Below, in pieces: positions 12,779 through 25,569 of a stretch of DNA of 64,000 nt. The position numbers and the translations under genes are program-made. Numbering within the stretch: the first letter of the stretch is position 1; each line of letters starts with the position of its first letter. The stretch is from Squalus acanthias (taxonomy: Eukaryota), in assembly GCA_030390025.1 (NCBI GenBank), contig CM059433.1, forward strand, positions 12,650,001-12,714,000, read 5' to 3'. The notes under the pieces were generated by a model. The model saw only the letters and a list, made by a program, of their open reading frames with translations, ran no database searches and was not told the DNA's origin.

Positions 12779-13711
12779 ATTGTTTTTGATGTTAGTCATG
12801 TTGTGCCATTGAGATAGTACTCACTTGAACCTTCCAGCGCTGCTTAAAGGCATCTCTCCGAGGTTGTTGCATCAGTTCTTTTCCCTGTTACCAGCAGCGA
12901 GGCACTCCTCTGTTTTTCCTGTACCCATAAAGTTAATTTCAACAGTTTATGCTTTGTCAAACTTCAAACAATTATTTCAGTGATGTAACTGCTTTAAAAA
13001 AAATAAAAAATTGCTTATCTCCTTGAAGATTTTAAATGTTGCGTGAAGTGCTTTACAGTGATTCATATCCACAATTACTATTTGTGGTACTTGTCCTGCA
13101 AGCATAATATATCCGAGCTTGGGTTTCTCCACCTGCATTTCCTGGAACTAGCTGTAGAAGTGAAAATGATCCTTCAGGAATATATGCACTCTACGAGTGA
13201 GCCCGAGACAACAGGAAAGTTGGCAACCCTGCCAGCACTGTTTAGCTCCATGCCACTGAGATGCCAGTGTGGCCTGCTCCTTTGCCAGGGAAACAGTCTT
13301 GGACAGGATAAGCATTCTTACTTCCACTTCTAGGGGCTTTGCTCCATGGTGGAATCAGCCACCGCCGCACAAAGATCAAGCTTGTTGCTGCCTAGCCCTT
13401 GGCAGGATGAACCTTATATAATAGGAAGCCAATACTTGGGGGAAGTAGGGCCATTTTGCCATGCTTTTCTTCTCTTACCTCGGTTTTTTCAATTGAGCTT
13501 TGAGCCTTCATATCATTCCCTGACCAGGACTTGTGACTACCTCCAGATGATCACTTCACAACACAAGGACAAGAAGGTGTGGATCCTGTGATTGCCCCTC
13601 CAAGTTCCAATTGTCAGAAGCTCATGACTCAAGTTTTACCTCGATGAAGGATATTATTTGGAAGTTGGCAGGGAACTTTCCTGCCCTTGCCCTTGCTATT
13701 AACAGAGTTGG

Positions 13712-13925
13712 AGAACATAAGAAATAAGAGCAGGATTAGGCCATACGGCCCCTCGAGCCTGCTCCGCCATTCAATGAGATCATGGCTGATCATCGACCTC
13801 AACTCCACTTTCCCACCTGATCTCCATATCCCTTGAGTCCAAATATTTATCTATCTCAGCCTTGAATATACTCAAAGACTCAGCATTCACAGCCTTCTGG
13901 GGCAGAGGATTCCAAAGCTTCACAA
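13712..13925 (-). mobile_element. CR1 3' tail fragment
   Basis: aacataagaaataagagcagg..ggccat..cctcgagcctgctccgccattcaat, as in the other CR1 tails. Confidence 0.75.
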
Positions 13926-14052
13926 CAAATTCAGAACCTCCACTGATGGTTAAGATTGAGGAACCCATTCCTCTTTCCCATCATGAAATGCTTGTATCAG
14001 GTGCTAGAGGCTGCTGTGTCTCAGGTGCAAGATTGCTGAGTTTAGGCACTAT

Positions 14053-14745
14053 GGGGGAAAAATTGGGATGCTTTGCACCTCCCGTTAGTGCCCTAAGGGG
14101 GCGATAACGGGGCGCAAAGCAACTAGCGCCCGGGCGCAGCGCCGCCCACGCCTCCCGCGAAATTCAGCAGGAGGTTAGTGGCGGCGTTAACCGGTAGCGC
14201 CCCTTGGCGCTGCGCCACCGGCGATGATGTCATCGCCCTGTGCAGTGACCCGCTCGCACCCCGGTAGCGCCCCCTGACTTACCACCGGACGCTATGTCTG
14301 ACGGGGTCAGGGGGGCCTACCTGCGGCCGGGGAGGCACTATTTAAAGGTGAGGGGCGGGGCGGCCATTTTTGTTGCTGGCCGCCTGCCAGCACCTGCCTG
14401 CGCTCCCGTCCCCGGCCACCTGAACGGCACCCCCCCCCGCGGAGTGCTGGTTGCGGTCCAAGAGCCCAGCACTTCTCTCGAGTGCCGGGCTCTTTTGCCG
14501 GCACTCCCGATCCCCGGGGGCCCAGCTGGGCCCCGGGTCACGCTGCGCAAGGCCCCTTCCCTTTAAGAAGGGGAGGAAGGCCTGCAATACCGCGGTGCGA
14601 CATGCCGCAGCACCGTGATATTGACTCGCAGCACCCCAAGAGGGATGCGGGGCGCTTCCAGTAGCGCCCTGCTTCCCTCTAGGGGTGCAACTACTCAATT
14701 TCCGGCGCAGGGCGGCGATTTGGGGTGCTAATCAATTTTTAGCCC
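14053..14745. mobile_element. MITE family B (CpG-rich, Harbinger-type), copy 1
   Basis: TIR GGGGGAAAAATTG / CAATTTTTAGCCC and perfect TAT TSD. Homologous to the copies at 24013 and 40427. Confidence 0.85.
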
Positions 14746-14965
14746 TATATCTCTCTACACTCTGCAACATCTGCAAGGGCAAAGAACGTCTGGATCAAGC
14801 GTTCCAGAGGGTGGCTACCTACAGAGTCAGCAAGTAGTCAAGAGAAACAAAAGTTTAGGGAGAGGATAGGAGTGGGTGACCATCCACAGGAAGGGCAGGA
14901 ATAGACGGAAGGTTCAGGAAATCACTAGGTTCCTGTAGCTGACTGATAGCTACATAGTTCTGGAT

Positions 14966-16560
14966 AAGAACATAAGAAATGGGAGCAGGAATAGGCCACT
15001 TGGCCCTTCAAGCCTGCTCCGCCATTCAATAAAATCATGGCTGATCTTGGGCTCAAAGCCACTTCCCCGCCCGCTCCCCATAACCCTTCACTCCCTTATC
15101 TTGCAAAAATCTGTCTATCTCCACCTTAAATGTATTTAATGACCCAGCCTCCACGGCTCTCTGGGGCAGAGAATTCCCTCAGTATCTTATATGTTTCAAT
15201 AAGATCACCTCTCATTCTTCTAAATTCCAATGAGTATAGGCCCAACCTGCTCAACCTTTCCTCATAAGTCAACCCCCTCATCTCAGGAATCAACCAAGTG
15301 AATTGTCTCTGAACTGCCTCCAATGCAAGTATATCCTTCCTTAAATAAGGAGACCAAAACTGTACGCAGTACTCAAGGTGTGGTCTCACCAAATTCCTGT
15401 CCAGTTGTAGCAGGACTTCCCTGCTTTTATACTCCAACCCCCTTGCAATAAAGGCCAACATTCCATTTACCTTTTTGATTACTTGCTGTACCTGCATGCT
15501 AACTTTTTGTGTTTCATGCACAAGGACCCCCAGGTCTCTCTGAACTGTAGCATTTCGTAATCTCTCTCCATTTAAATAATAATTTGCTTTTTTATTTTTC
15601 CTGCCAAAGTGGATAACCTCGCACTTTCCCACATTATACTCCATCTGCTAAATGTTTGCCCACTCACTTAGCCTGTCTATATCCCTTTGCAGATTCTTTG
15701 AGTCCTCTGCACAACTTGCTATCCCACCCATCTATGTATCATCAGCAAACTTGCCTACATTACACTCGGTCCCTTCATCCAAGCCATTAATTGAGGCCCC
15801 AGCACCGATCCCTGTGGCACCCCAGTAGTAACCGTTTGCCAACCGAAAATGACCCATTTATCCCGACTCTCTGCTTTCTGTTAGTTAGCCAATTCTCTAT
15901 CCATGCTAATATATTACCCCCAACTCCGTGAGTTCCTATCTTATGCAGTAGCCTTTTATGTGGCACCTTATCGAATGCCTTCTGAAAATCCAAATACACC
16001 ACATCCACTGGCTCACCCTTATCCACCCTGCTCGTTACATCCTCAAAGAACTCCAGCAAATTTGTTAAACATGATTTCCCTTTCCTAAAACCATGCTGAC
16101 TCTGCTTGACTGCATTATGATTTTCCAAATGCCCTGCTACTGCTTCCTTAGTGAAAGACTCCAGCATTTTCCCAACGACAGATGTTAGGTTAACTGGTCT
16201 ATACATAGAAACATAGAAACATAGAATCTAGGAGCAGGAGTAGGCCATTCGGCCCGTCGAGCCTGCTCCGCCATTCAATACGATCATGGCTGATCATCCA
16301 AATCCAGTACCCTGTCCCTGCTTTCCTGCTTTCTGTCTCCCTCCTTTCTTAAATAGGGGTGTTACATTTGCGGTTTTCCAATCCGCTGGGACCTCTCCAG
16401 AGTCCGGGGAATTTTGGTATATTGCAACCAATGCATCCACTATCTCTGCAGCCACTTCTTTTAAGACCCTGGGATGCAGGCCATCTGGTCCAGGGGACTT
16501 GTCGTCCTTTAGTCCCATTATTTTACCAGGTACTTTTTCCTCAGTGATAGTGATTGTCAT
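14966..16560 (-). mobile_element. CR1 LINE 3' portion (RT), with a second CR1 tail inserted at about 16203-16315
   Basis: ORFs 15787-16206 (YRPVNLTS, DFQKAFDKVPH) and 15126-15644 (RPHLEYCVQFWSP). Confidence 0.9.
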
Positions 16561-16681
16561 TAGATCCCCCCTCCCTGTAGCCATGGAGAAGACGGCAACA
16601 GTGACTTTGGGGAGGTTAGTCCTGATCAACACTCTTGGTCCGAGACAGTGGAATGGAGGGGAAAGTTGTAAAGGAAAAAAA

Positions 16682-17035
16682 AGAAAGACTTGCATTTATA
16701 TAGCGCCTTTCACGACCACCGGATGTCTCAAAGCGCTTTACAGTCAATGAAGTATTTTTGGAGTGTAGTCACTGTTGTAATGTGGGAAACGCGGCAGCCA
16801 ATTTGCGCACAGCAAGGTCCCACAAACAGCAATGTGATAATGAGCAGATAATCTGTTTTTGTTATGTTAGTTGAGGGATAAATATTGGCCAGGACACCGG
16901 GGATAACTCCCCTGCTCTTCTTCGAAATAGTGCCATGGGATCTTTTACGTCCACCTGAGAGAGCAGATGGGGCCTCGGTTTAACGTCTCATCCGAAAGAC
17001 GGCACACTCCGACAGTACAGCACTCCCTCAGTACT
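16682..17035 (-). mobile_element. 5'-truncated DeuSINE
   Basis: Closely similar to the body and tail of 6530-7006. Confidence 0.85.
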
Positions 17036-18017
17036 CAGTAAAGGAAAAGACAAAGATATTTGGATTAGGGGATTCTATAATTGGAGGCATAGATAGCTTG
17101 CTTTTCAGCCGTAACTGTGAGTCCCACATGGTTTGACTGGTGCTACAGTGAGGGATGTCGCACAGTGGTCAACAAACTTCTCATCAGGGAAGGTGACCAG
17201 TAGCTATCATTCATCTGGGAATCAATAACATAGGCAAGAGAGGTTCGAGGTCCTGCAGTCAGATTTTCTGGGGCTAGGTGCTGGGTAAAGAAAAGGTCCA
17301 ATCTCTGGATTACTGGCGGTCACACATGTTGGACAGTATAGGCAGCAGAGGATTAGACAGGTAAATGTGTGGCTAGAGATGTGATGTAGGAGGGAAGGAT
17401 TTAGATACTTGGAACATTGGATGAGTTTTACGCAATCTGGACCTCTGTGCTGCAAGAATTATAATTATTATAGGTATTACAGAGTCGTGGCTAAATAAGG
17501 ATATAGAGGTGAGCGGAGGGAGAGAACATATCAAAGGATAAAGATTGATATGTGACAATAGAGAGGATGAGCCAGTGGGGTTTTTCTAAATATTAAATAA
17601 CATGAAACTGAGGGAAATAATTAAGTCTGGATTTAGTATGGACAAGTTAGACATTGTGGATTGATATAAGGGATAATAAATGTTTATCCACTGTTCCATT
17701 AAAAGATGCAATGGACCCACCTATGGGAAAGCATCCCAATCTGTAACAACTCTGCGTAATAAATTTCTCCTAACCTCTGTCCTCACGCTTAGTGATAATT
17801 TTAAATTGATTACCATCCATTACTGACTCCCTAGTCAGAATAGTCCTTCCCTATTTAACATAGCAAAGCCTTTCATAATTTTAAAAACCTCTATTACATC
17901 TCTTCTTAGGCTTCTCTGCTCCAATGGAAATAGTCCCAGTATCTCAAGTCTGTTCTCGTGATTATAGTTTCCCATCCCTTGTATCATCCTGGTGAATCTA
18001 CACTGTATGCTCTCTGT

Positions 18018-18224
18018 GGGGGGGGGGGGTGGGGGGGGGAGTTTTAGCACACAAAAAACGGGTGGGTTGGGAGCACGTGGGGGGCGGGGTGAAAATTAAA
18101 AATTTTGAACCCCGACCCCGACCTGCCTCCAACCCACCCACTTCCAATGTTTATGGAGGCGGGACAAGAGGCGGGCAGCCAACCCGCTCCCAGGAACAAG
18201 GCGAGGACAGCTTCGGGAAGAAGG
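18018..18224. mobile_element. MITE family C left part; the continuation is at about 25274-25410
   Basis: Resembles the reverse complement of the right end of 28455-29252. The segment 25280-25330 resembles the reverse complement of about 28895-28945. Confidence 0.6.
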
Positions 18225-18774
18225 TCATAGAATCATGGAATCATAGAACGGTTACAGCAGGGAAGAAGGCCATTCGGCCTGTCGAGCCCGTGCCGACTCT
18301 CAGCTAGTCCCACTCCCCCGCCCTTTCCCCGTAGCCCTGCAAATTTTTTTTCTTCAGATACTTATCCAACTCCCTTTTGAAAGATAAGATTGAGTCTGCC
18401 TCCACCACCCTTTCAGGCAGTGCATTCCAGATCTTAAGCACTTTTTTTTTCTTAGGTCGCCTTTGGTTCTTCTGCCAATCACCTTAAATCTGTGTCCTCT
18501 GGTTCTCGACCCTTCTGCCAATGGGAACAGTTTCTCTCTATCTACTCTGTCCAGACCCCTCAGGATTTTGAACACCTCTATCAAATCTCCTCTCAATCTT
18601 CTCTGCTCTAAGGAGAACAACCACAGCTTCTCCAGTCTATCAACGTAACTGAAGTCCCTCATTCCTGGAATCATTCTCGTAAATCTTTTCTGCACCTTCG
18701 CTAAGGCCTTCACATCCTTCCTAAAATGTGGTGCCCAGAATTGGACACAGTACTCCAGTTGGGGCCGAACCAGT

Positions 18775-20551
18775 GGCCGCGATTTTGCCGGCGCTCAGAG
18801 TGTGGGTTCTGAGGCGGGTCTGCTGTCAAAATCGAAATGATTGACAGCGGGTTGGGAACCCGCTCCGAACCCGCCTCTATGTAAGTTTCCAAAGTGTTGG
18901 GTCTGCCTTTTCAGAACAGACCCGGCACCAATCGGCAGGGGAGGCATTTAAGATAGTTAACTGCTTGTTAAACGCTTGTTAACTACTATTTTGCCAGCCT
19001 TTTTCTATTTTCCCACTTTTTTAACGGGGTTCACGTCATTCGGAGATCATGTCAGGTAAGTAGGTCGGGTTCTCTATGTCTCCCCATTGCTGTGAATAGG
19101 TGACAGCTGCAAAAGTGGTATGAAAGCTACCATTTCACAGCTGGTCACTTTCCAATGTCAGAAGCTTGAGCCTTCAGGACTTGGAAGACACTTTTGAACT
19201 TTATGCAGTTTGGAAGTGTTTGGAGTAAACTCTCTATCCACTGTCACCTCCTTGGAGCAAGCTCTCTCACCATTGACAGATCGCTTCTGTCATCTCAACT
19301 TCAGTTGCCATCTATTCCAGCAACATCGGTGCCCTTGAAAAAATCTCACCTTGGTCCTCTGAATCCCTGCATGATCAGCCCCAACACCAACATCACCAGG
19401 CACACCAACATCACCAACAACAATACCAACCTTCTCTGCAATCACCTGATGCTGCACAGGACACAGGGCATCAGCACCCATCAACATTGCTGCCTTGGAG
19501 GCCAGCAATGCATCACCATGGCCAGATTTACTTCACTTGACACTGTACATCCTGGCTGCCACATAATGCACCAGGTTGACACCACCCCACACCAGCACTA
19601 TAAAGCATCCCTACAATGTCCAAGCCATTCCTTTCACACTCATCACAATTGTGGGGGGGAGGTATTGTCTCAACATTCACTGGAACTCACTAAGACACTT
19701 CCAATGGTGAGCACAGATCTGTCCAATAAGGTAGTATTGAAAATATAGATTTCAATGTTTGACAACACATTAACAGAAACTTCACATGAACATTGGCTAA
19801 ACCACCCAGGTGCCTACCCTTGTGTGTTGTTAGTTTGTATGCTTGCAGTAGGATGAGGGTGAGTGTGAGGGGTGGCTAGTGAGATGGGGATGTGATAATG
19901 TAGATAGAGAGGGATGGATGGAGGTGCAAGGTAAGTTGCTGTGAGTAAAGATGTGCAGGAGTAGGGTAGGGAAGGCAGAATGATGGGGATGTGATGAGTG
20001 GCACTGCAGGATGAGGTTGAGTGGCTTGGTTGTAACATTTCGTGATCTACTGAGATAATTGAAAGGTTTGCGCCACTGCAGCCAGGTACTCCTGATGACA
20101 TTCCTGCTTCTGCCCTCCTGTGCAATGTGCAACCAGGCTGCGTTGATCTCCTGGGGAGGTCTCTTCCACCCATGGGAAGGGAAGAGGATCTCCCTGCGTG
20201 CTGTGACTCCCTCCATAAGCATATGGAGGGAGTCATGGAAGAGTCTGGGTGCAGCCGTGCACCTTTGTGCAATGCTTGTCAGTGTTTGCAGCACCTCAAT
20301 GCTGTAGAATACTGACAGCAGAAATGTCAAAATGAATGTGGACATGGTCCCTTTAAGGAAACTGGCTGATGACGCGTCATCAAATGACGTCATCAGACCT
20401 ACTTCCAGTTAATTGGCCGGGAACCTCGCAGGGCGGGCTTAAGAAGGCCAATCAATGAAAAATCACTTGGAGAATGTGGGCTGCAGTCGGCAGCGGGCTG
20501 GGACCGACCCCGGCCACTCCGAACCCCACCTCGGTCGGCAAAATCACAGCC
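18775..20551. mobile_element. Internally deleted PIF/Harbinger transposon with Myb/SANT gene remnant, inserted in the CR1 RT
   Basis: TIR GGCCGCGATTTTGCCG / CGGCAAAATCACAGCC, flanks AGT/AAT. The minus-strand ORF 19830-20393 has APRLF..EGVTARREILFP..AWLHIA..TWLQWRKPFNYL (Myb/SANT-like). The CR1 sequence resumes across the insertion. Confidence 0.85.
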
Positions 20552-23500
20552 AATGTTTTATACAGGTTCATCATAATATCCACACTTTTGTACTCTATAC
20601 CTCGATTTATGAAGCCCAGGATCCCGTATGCTTTTTAACTGCTTTCTCAACCTGCCCTGCCACCTTCAACGATTTGTGCACATATACCCCTAGGTCTCTC
20701 TGTTCGTGCACCTCCTTTGGGATTGTACTCTTTAGTTTATAATTCCTCTCCTCATTCTTTCTACTAAAATGTATCACTTCACACTTTTCTGCATTAAATT
20801 TCATCTGCCACGTGTCCGCCCATTTCACCAGCCTGTCTATGTCTTCCAGGAGTCTATCGTTCTCCGCCTCACTGTTCACTATACTTCCAAGTTTTGTGTC
20901 ATCTGCAAATTTTGAAATTATGCCCTGTACACCCACGTCCAAGTCATTAATATATATCAAGAAAAGCAGTGGTCCTAGAACCAACCCCTGGGGAACACCA
21001 CTCTATACCTTCCTCCAGTCCGAAAAACAACCATTCATCACTGCTCTCTGTTTCCTGTCACTTAGCCAATTTTGTAGCCATGCTGCCACTGTCCCTTTTA
21101 TTCCATGGGCTTCAGCTTTGCTGGCAAGCCTATTATGTGGCACTCTGTCGAACGCCTTTTGGAAATCCATGTACACTACGTCAACCGCATTACCCTCATC
21201 AATCCTTTCTGTTACCTCATCAAAAAACTCGATCAAGTTGGTTAAACACAATTTGCCTTTAACAAATCTGTGCTGGCTTTCCTTAATTAATCCACACCTA
21301 TCCAAGTGACTGTTAATTTTGTCCCTGATTACTGTTTCTAAAAGCTTCCCCACTACCGAGGTTAAACTGACTGGCCTGTAGTTGCTGGGTTTATCTTTAC
21401 ACCCTTTTTTGAACAATGGTGTAACATTTGCAATTCTCCAGTCCTCTGGCACCACCCCCGTATCTATGGAGGATTGGAATATTATGGCCAGTTCCTCCGC
21501 GATTTCCGCCCTCAATTCCCTCAGCATCCTAGGATGCATCCCATCCGCTCCTGGTGATTTATCTACTTTAAGTACAGCCAGTCTTTCTAATACCTCTTCT
21601 TTATCAATTTTTAACCTATCAAGTGTCTCCACTACCTCCTCCTTCACTATGTCTATGGCAGCACCCTCTTGCTTGGTGAAGACAGATGCAAAGAACTCGT
21701 TTAGTACTTCAGCCATACCCTCTGCCTCCATGCATAGGTCTCCTTTTGTCCCTAATCGGCCCCACCCCTCCGCTTACTACCCTTTTGCTATTTCTATGCC
21801 TGTAGAAGACTTTTGGATTACCTTTTATGTTGGCTGCCATTCTATTCTCATACCTTCTCTTTGCCCCTCTTATTTTCTTTTTCGCTTCTCCTCTGACCTT
21901 TCTATAAATAACCTGATTCTCAGATGTATTTGCAACCTGACATGTGTCATATGCGCTCTTTTTCTGCTTCATCATATTCTTTATCTGTTTCGTCATCCAG
22001 GGAGCCCTGACTTTAGTTGCCCTACTTTCACCCTAGTGGGAATGTACCTCAACTGTACCTGAACTATTTCCTCTTTAACGGCAGCCCATTGTTCCATTAC
22101 AGTTTTGCCTGCCAATCTTCGATTCCAGCTTACCTGGGACAGATCCGTTCGCATCCCACTGAAATTGGTTTTCCCCCAGTTAAACATTTTTACTCCAGAT
22201 TGCTCCCTGTCCTTTTCCATAGCTAGTGATACTATGACCACTGTTCCCTAAATGTTCACCTCCTGACACTTGCTCCACTTGACCTATCTCATTCCCCAGA
22301 ACCAGATCCAGCAATGCCTCCTCCCTCGTCGGGCCGGAAACATACTGATCAAGAAAGTTCTCCTGAACACACTTCAGAAATTCTTCCCCTTCTCTGCCCT
22401 TTACACTATTACTATCCCAGTCTATAATAGGATAGTTGAAGTCCCCCATTATTACTACTCTGTAGTTCTTGCACCTCTCTGTAAGTTCTCTGCAAATTTG
22501 CTCCTCCATATCTTTCCCACTATTTGGTGGTCTATAAAATACACCTAGTAGTGTAATGGCACCTCTATTATTTTTTAACTCTAGCCATATAGATTCTGTC
22601 CTTGACCCCTCCAGGACATCCTCCCTCTCCAGCACTGTAACATTCTCCTTGACCAATACTGCCACACCACCTCCTATCTTTCCTTCCCTATCTTTCCTGA
22701 ACATCTTTTAACCAGGAATATTTAATACCTAATCCTGCCCTTTTTTGAGCCAGGTCTCCATTATTGCCACAACATCATATTCCCATGTGGCTATTTGTGC
22801 CTGCAGCTCACTGACCTTGTTTACTACGCTTTGTGCGTTCACATACATACACTGTAAACCCAACTTAGACCATCCCGTATTCTCTCTTAGTTTGACCCCA
22901 CCTAATAACTTACTATTTCTTATTTTAGTGCTCTCTGCCTCTCCCAATCCTTTGAGCACTTTGTTTCCCCTTTCTTATGTTACATCCTGGTGCCCATCCC
23001 CCTGCCAAATTAGCATAAACCCTCCCCAACAGCACCAGCAAACATCCCTGCGAGGATATTGGTTCTGGCCCTGTTGAGGTGCAACCCCTCCGGCCTGTAC
23101 AGGTCCCACCTCCCCCAGAACCGGTCCCAATACCCCAGGAATCTGAAGCCCTCCCTCCTGCACCATCTCTCCAGCCACGCATTCATCTGCTCTATCCTTC
23201 TATTTCTATACTCACTTGCGCGTTGCACCAGGAGTAATCCGGAGATTACTACCTTTGAGGTCCTGCTTTTTAACCTCTTTCCTAGCTCCCCAAAATCTGC
23301 CTGCAGGACTTCATCCCTCTTTCTACCTATATCGTTGGTATCAATATGGACCATGACCTCTGGCTGTTCACCCTCTCCCCTCAGAATGTTCTGCAGCCGC
23401 TCAGAGACATCCTTAACCCTGGCACCGGGGAGGCAACATTACCATCCTGGAGTCACGTCTGCGGCCGCAGAAACGCCTGTTGCTCCCCTAACTATCGAAT

Positions 23501-24012
23501 CCCCTATCACTATTGCTCTCCCACTCTTCCTCCTCCCCCTTGTACAGCTGAGCCACCCGTGGTGCCGCGGACTTGGCTCTGGCTGTACTCCCCAGAGGAA
23601 CCATCGCCCTCACCAGTACTCAGAACCGAATACTGGTTGGAGAGCGCGATGCACTCAGGGGACTCCTGCATCACCTGCCTGGTCCTGCTCTTCTGTCCGG
23701 TGGTCACCCATTCCCTCTCTGCCTGCACACTCCTTAGCTGCGGGGTGACCACCTCCTGAAACGTGCTATCCACGGAGCTCTCAGCCTCGCGGATGCACTG
23801 CAGTGACTCCAGCGGCTGCTCAAGCTCCGAAACCCAGAGCTTGAGCTCCTCCAGCTGACAACACCTCCTGCACACGTGGTTGTCCAGGACACGGGAAGCG
23901 TCCTGGATTTCCCACATGGCACAGGATGTGCATTCCGTGGGACTGAGCTGCTCTGCCATACCTCCATTTAATAGACTATTAACTAACTTACAGAAATAAA
24001 CTTAGGACTAAG

Positions 24013-24717
24013 GGGGTAAAATTGAGTTGCATTGCACCTCCCCTTAGCTCCCCCCCTGCGCCCGGGCGCGGCGCCGCTAACAGCTCCCGCGAAATTCAGC
24101 GGTAGGTTAGCGGCAGCGGTAGCCGGTAGCGTCCCATGGTTCTGCACCTCTGATGATGACGTCATCGCTGTGCGCAGCGCCTCGCTTGCGCCCCGGCTGC
24201 AAACTTCCCCTGCGCCCCCTGACCTATCGCCGGATGATATGTCCGACAGGGTCAGGGGACATTTTGGCAGCAGCGGCGACGATATTTAAAGGGCAGGTGC
24301 AGGGCGGCCATTTTTCTTTTGGCCGACTGCCAGCACCTGCCCCCTTTCACATTTGTATGCGGGGTGCCGGCCGCGACCGCTCAGCCCGGCACTCCTCTTG
24401 AGTGCCGGGCTGTTTTCCCGGCACCCCGCTCCCTGGTGGTCCAGCAGGGCCCCAGTGCGCGCAGCACTAGGCCCCTCCCCTTTAATCAGGGGAGGAGGCC
24501 TGTAATACCGCGGCGCTACGTGCCGACGCGTGTGGCGCTGTTGCATGTGGCACCATGAAATTCACTGGTAGCGCCCCAAGAAGGAGGGGGAGCGCTTCCA
24601 GTAGCGCCCTGCCTCCTGCTTGGGGCTCTACGACTGAATTTATGGCACAGGGGCGCTAACATTTTCGGGACGCTAATACATTAGTTCCCCAAAGGGGGCG
24701 CCACCGAATTTTCCCCC
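24013..24717. mobile_element. MITE family B copy 2, inserted in the CR1 5' region
   Basis: GGGGTAAAATT / AATTTTCCCCC ends and a probable AAG TSD. Internal homology to 14053. Confidence 0.85.
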
Positions 24718-24980
24718 AAGAGTCTTAAAAGTCAGACTTACCTTTATCTCCGGCTGCTTCTCTCGCTCTCTTTGTTAAAGTCTTTATTCAAACGATTATC
24801 CACAGTTTTATTAATCAGTTTATCTAGTTACGTTAGAGAGAATAAAACACTAATACTCACTCACCAATCACCAACCTGCAGTCCTGTGACGTCACTCCTT
24901 GCTTTTGGTGTTCTTTTGGAATTCGGCAGCCCCGCGCTCTTTATCCTGCGCAGCCGCCTCTGCTGCCGATTCCTGTCAGT

Positions 24981-25232
24981 CCGCTGTCCTCGGGCCCCGC
25001 GCTCCTCCGCTGTTCTCGGGCCCCACGCTCCTCCGCTGTCCTCGGGCCCCGCGCTCCTCCGCTGTTCTCGGGCCCAGCGCTCCTCCGCTGTCCTCGGGCC
25101 CCGCGCTCCTCCGCTGTCCTCGAGCCCCGCGCTCCTCCGCTGTCCTCGGGCCCCGCGCTCCTCCGCTGTCCTCGGGCCCCGCGCTCCTCCGCTGTCCTCG
25201 GGCCCCGCGCTCCTCCGCTGTCCTCGGGCCCC
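24981..25232. repeat. 26-bp GC-rich tandem repeat, about 9.7 copies
   Basis: Unit CCGCTGTCCTCGGGCCCCGCGCTCCT, starting at 24981, 25007, 25033 ... 25215. Confidence 0.95.
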
Positions 25233-25569
25233 ACTCTCTTTATTCTGCGCTGCCGCCTCTGCTGCCGATTCCTTTCAGTGGCTTCACAGCACTGCTTGTG
25301 GGCCAGGAGGAGCAGGAGTGCTTCCCCCCAGCCCCCAAGCTACCCCCCCAATCAGACCGCAACCACCAACACCCCCCCCCCACCCCGCCCATATCGGGGA
25401 TCAGGATCTAGAGTAAGCAGAGAGTTAAAGAATTAGAGCTATCGAAGACAATAGCGCAGAAGGAGGCCATTGGTCAATAATGCCTGTTCTGGATCTTTGC
25501 TGGAGCAATCCAAAACTAATAGAACCTTTGGAAGTTTCCAATGCGGGTGGTGGGGGCGGAGAGCATGGT

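Larger units (their letters stand above)
18225..25273 (-). mobile_element. Near full-length CR1 LINE (ORF1 zinc-finger/coiled-coil plus esterase; ORF2 APE-RT), frameshifted, with nested insertions
   Basis: ORF1 pieces at 23510-23959 (CTSCAMWE..VCRRC) and 23010-23354 (HIDTNDIG, GLHLN). APE at 22180-22704 (GGGVA, MGDFN). RT at 21003-21731 and 20607-20984 (FADDTK), C-terminus at 18354-18713, then an 8-bp-type tail. Confidence 0.93.

Noticed and set aside
21382..23759. Long plus-strand ORFs (226 and 229 aa)
   Set aside because: They are antisense shadows of CR1 ORF1 and ORF2.
24772..25416. Long ORFs (214 and 170 aa) with repeated peptides; also considered as a CRISPR-like array
   Set aside because: They are translations of the 26-bp tandem repeat. 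There are no unique spacers and the context is eukaryotic.
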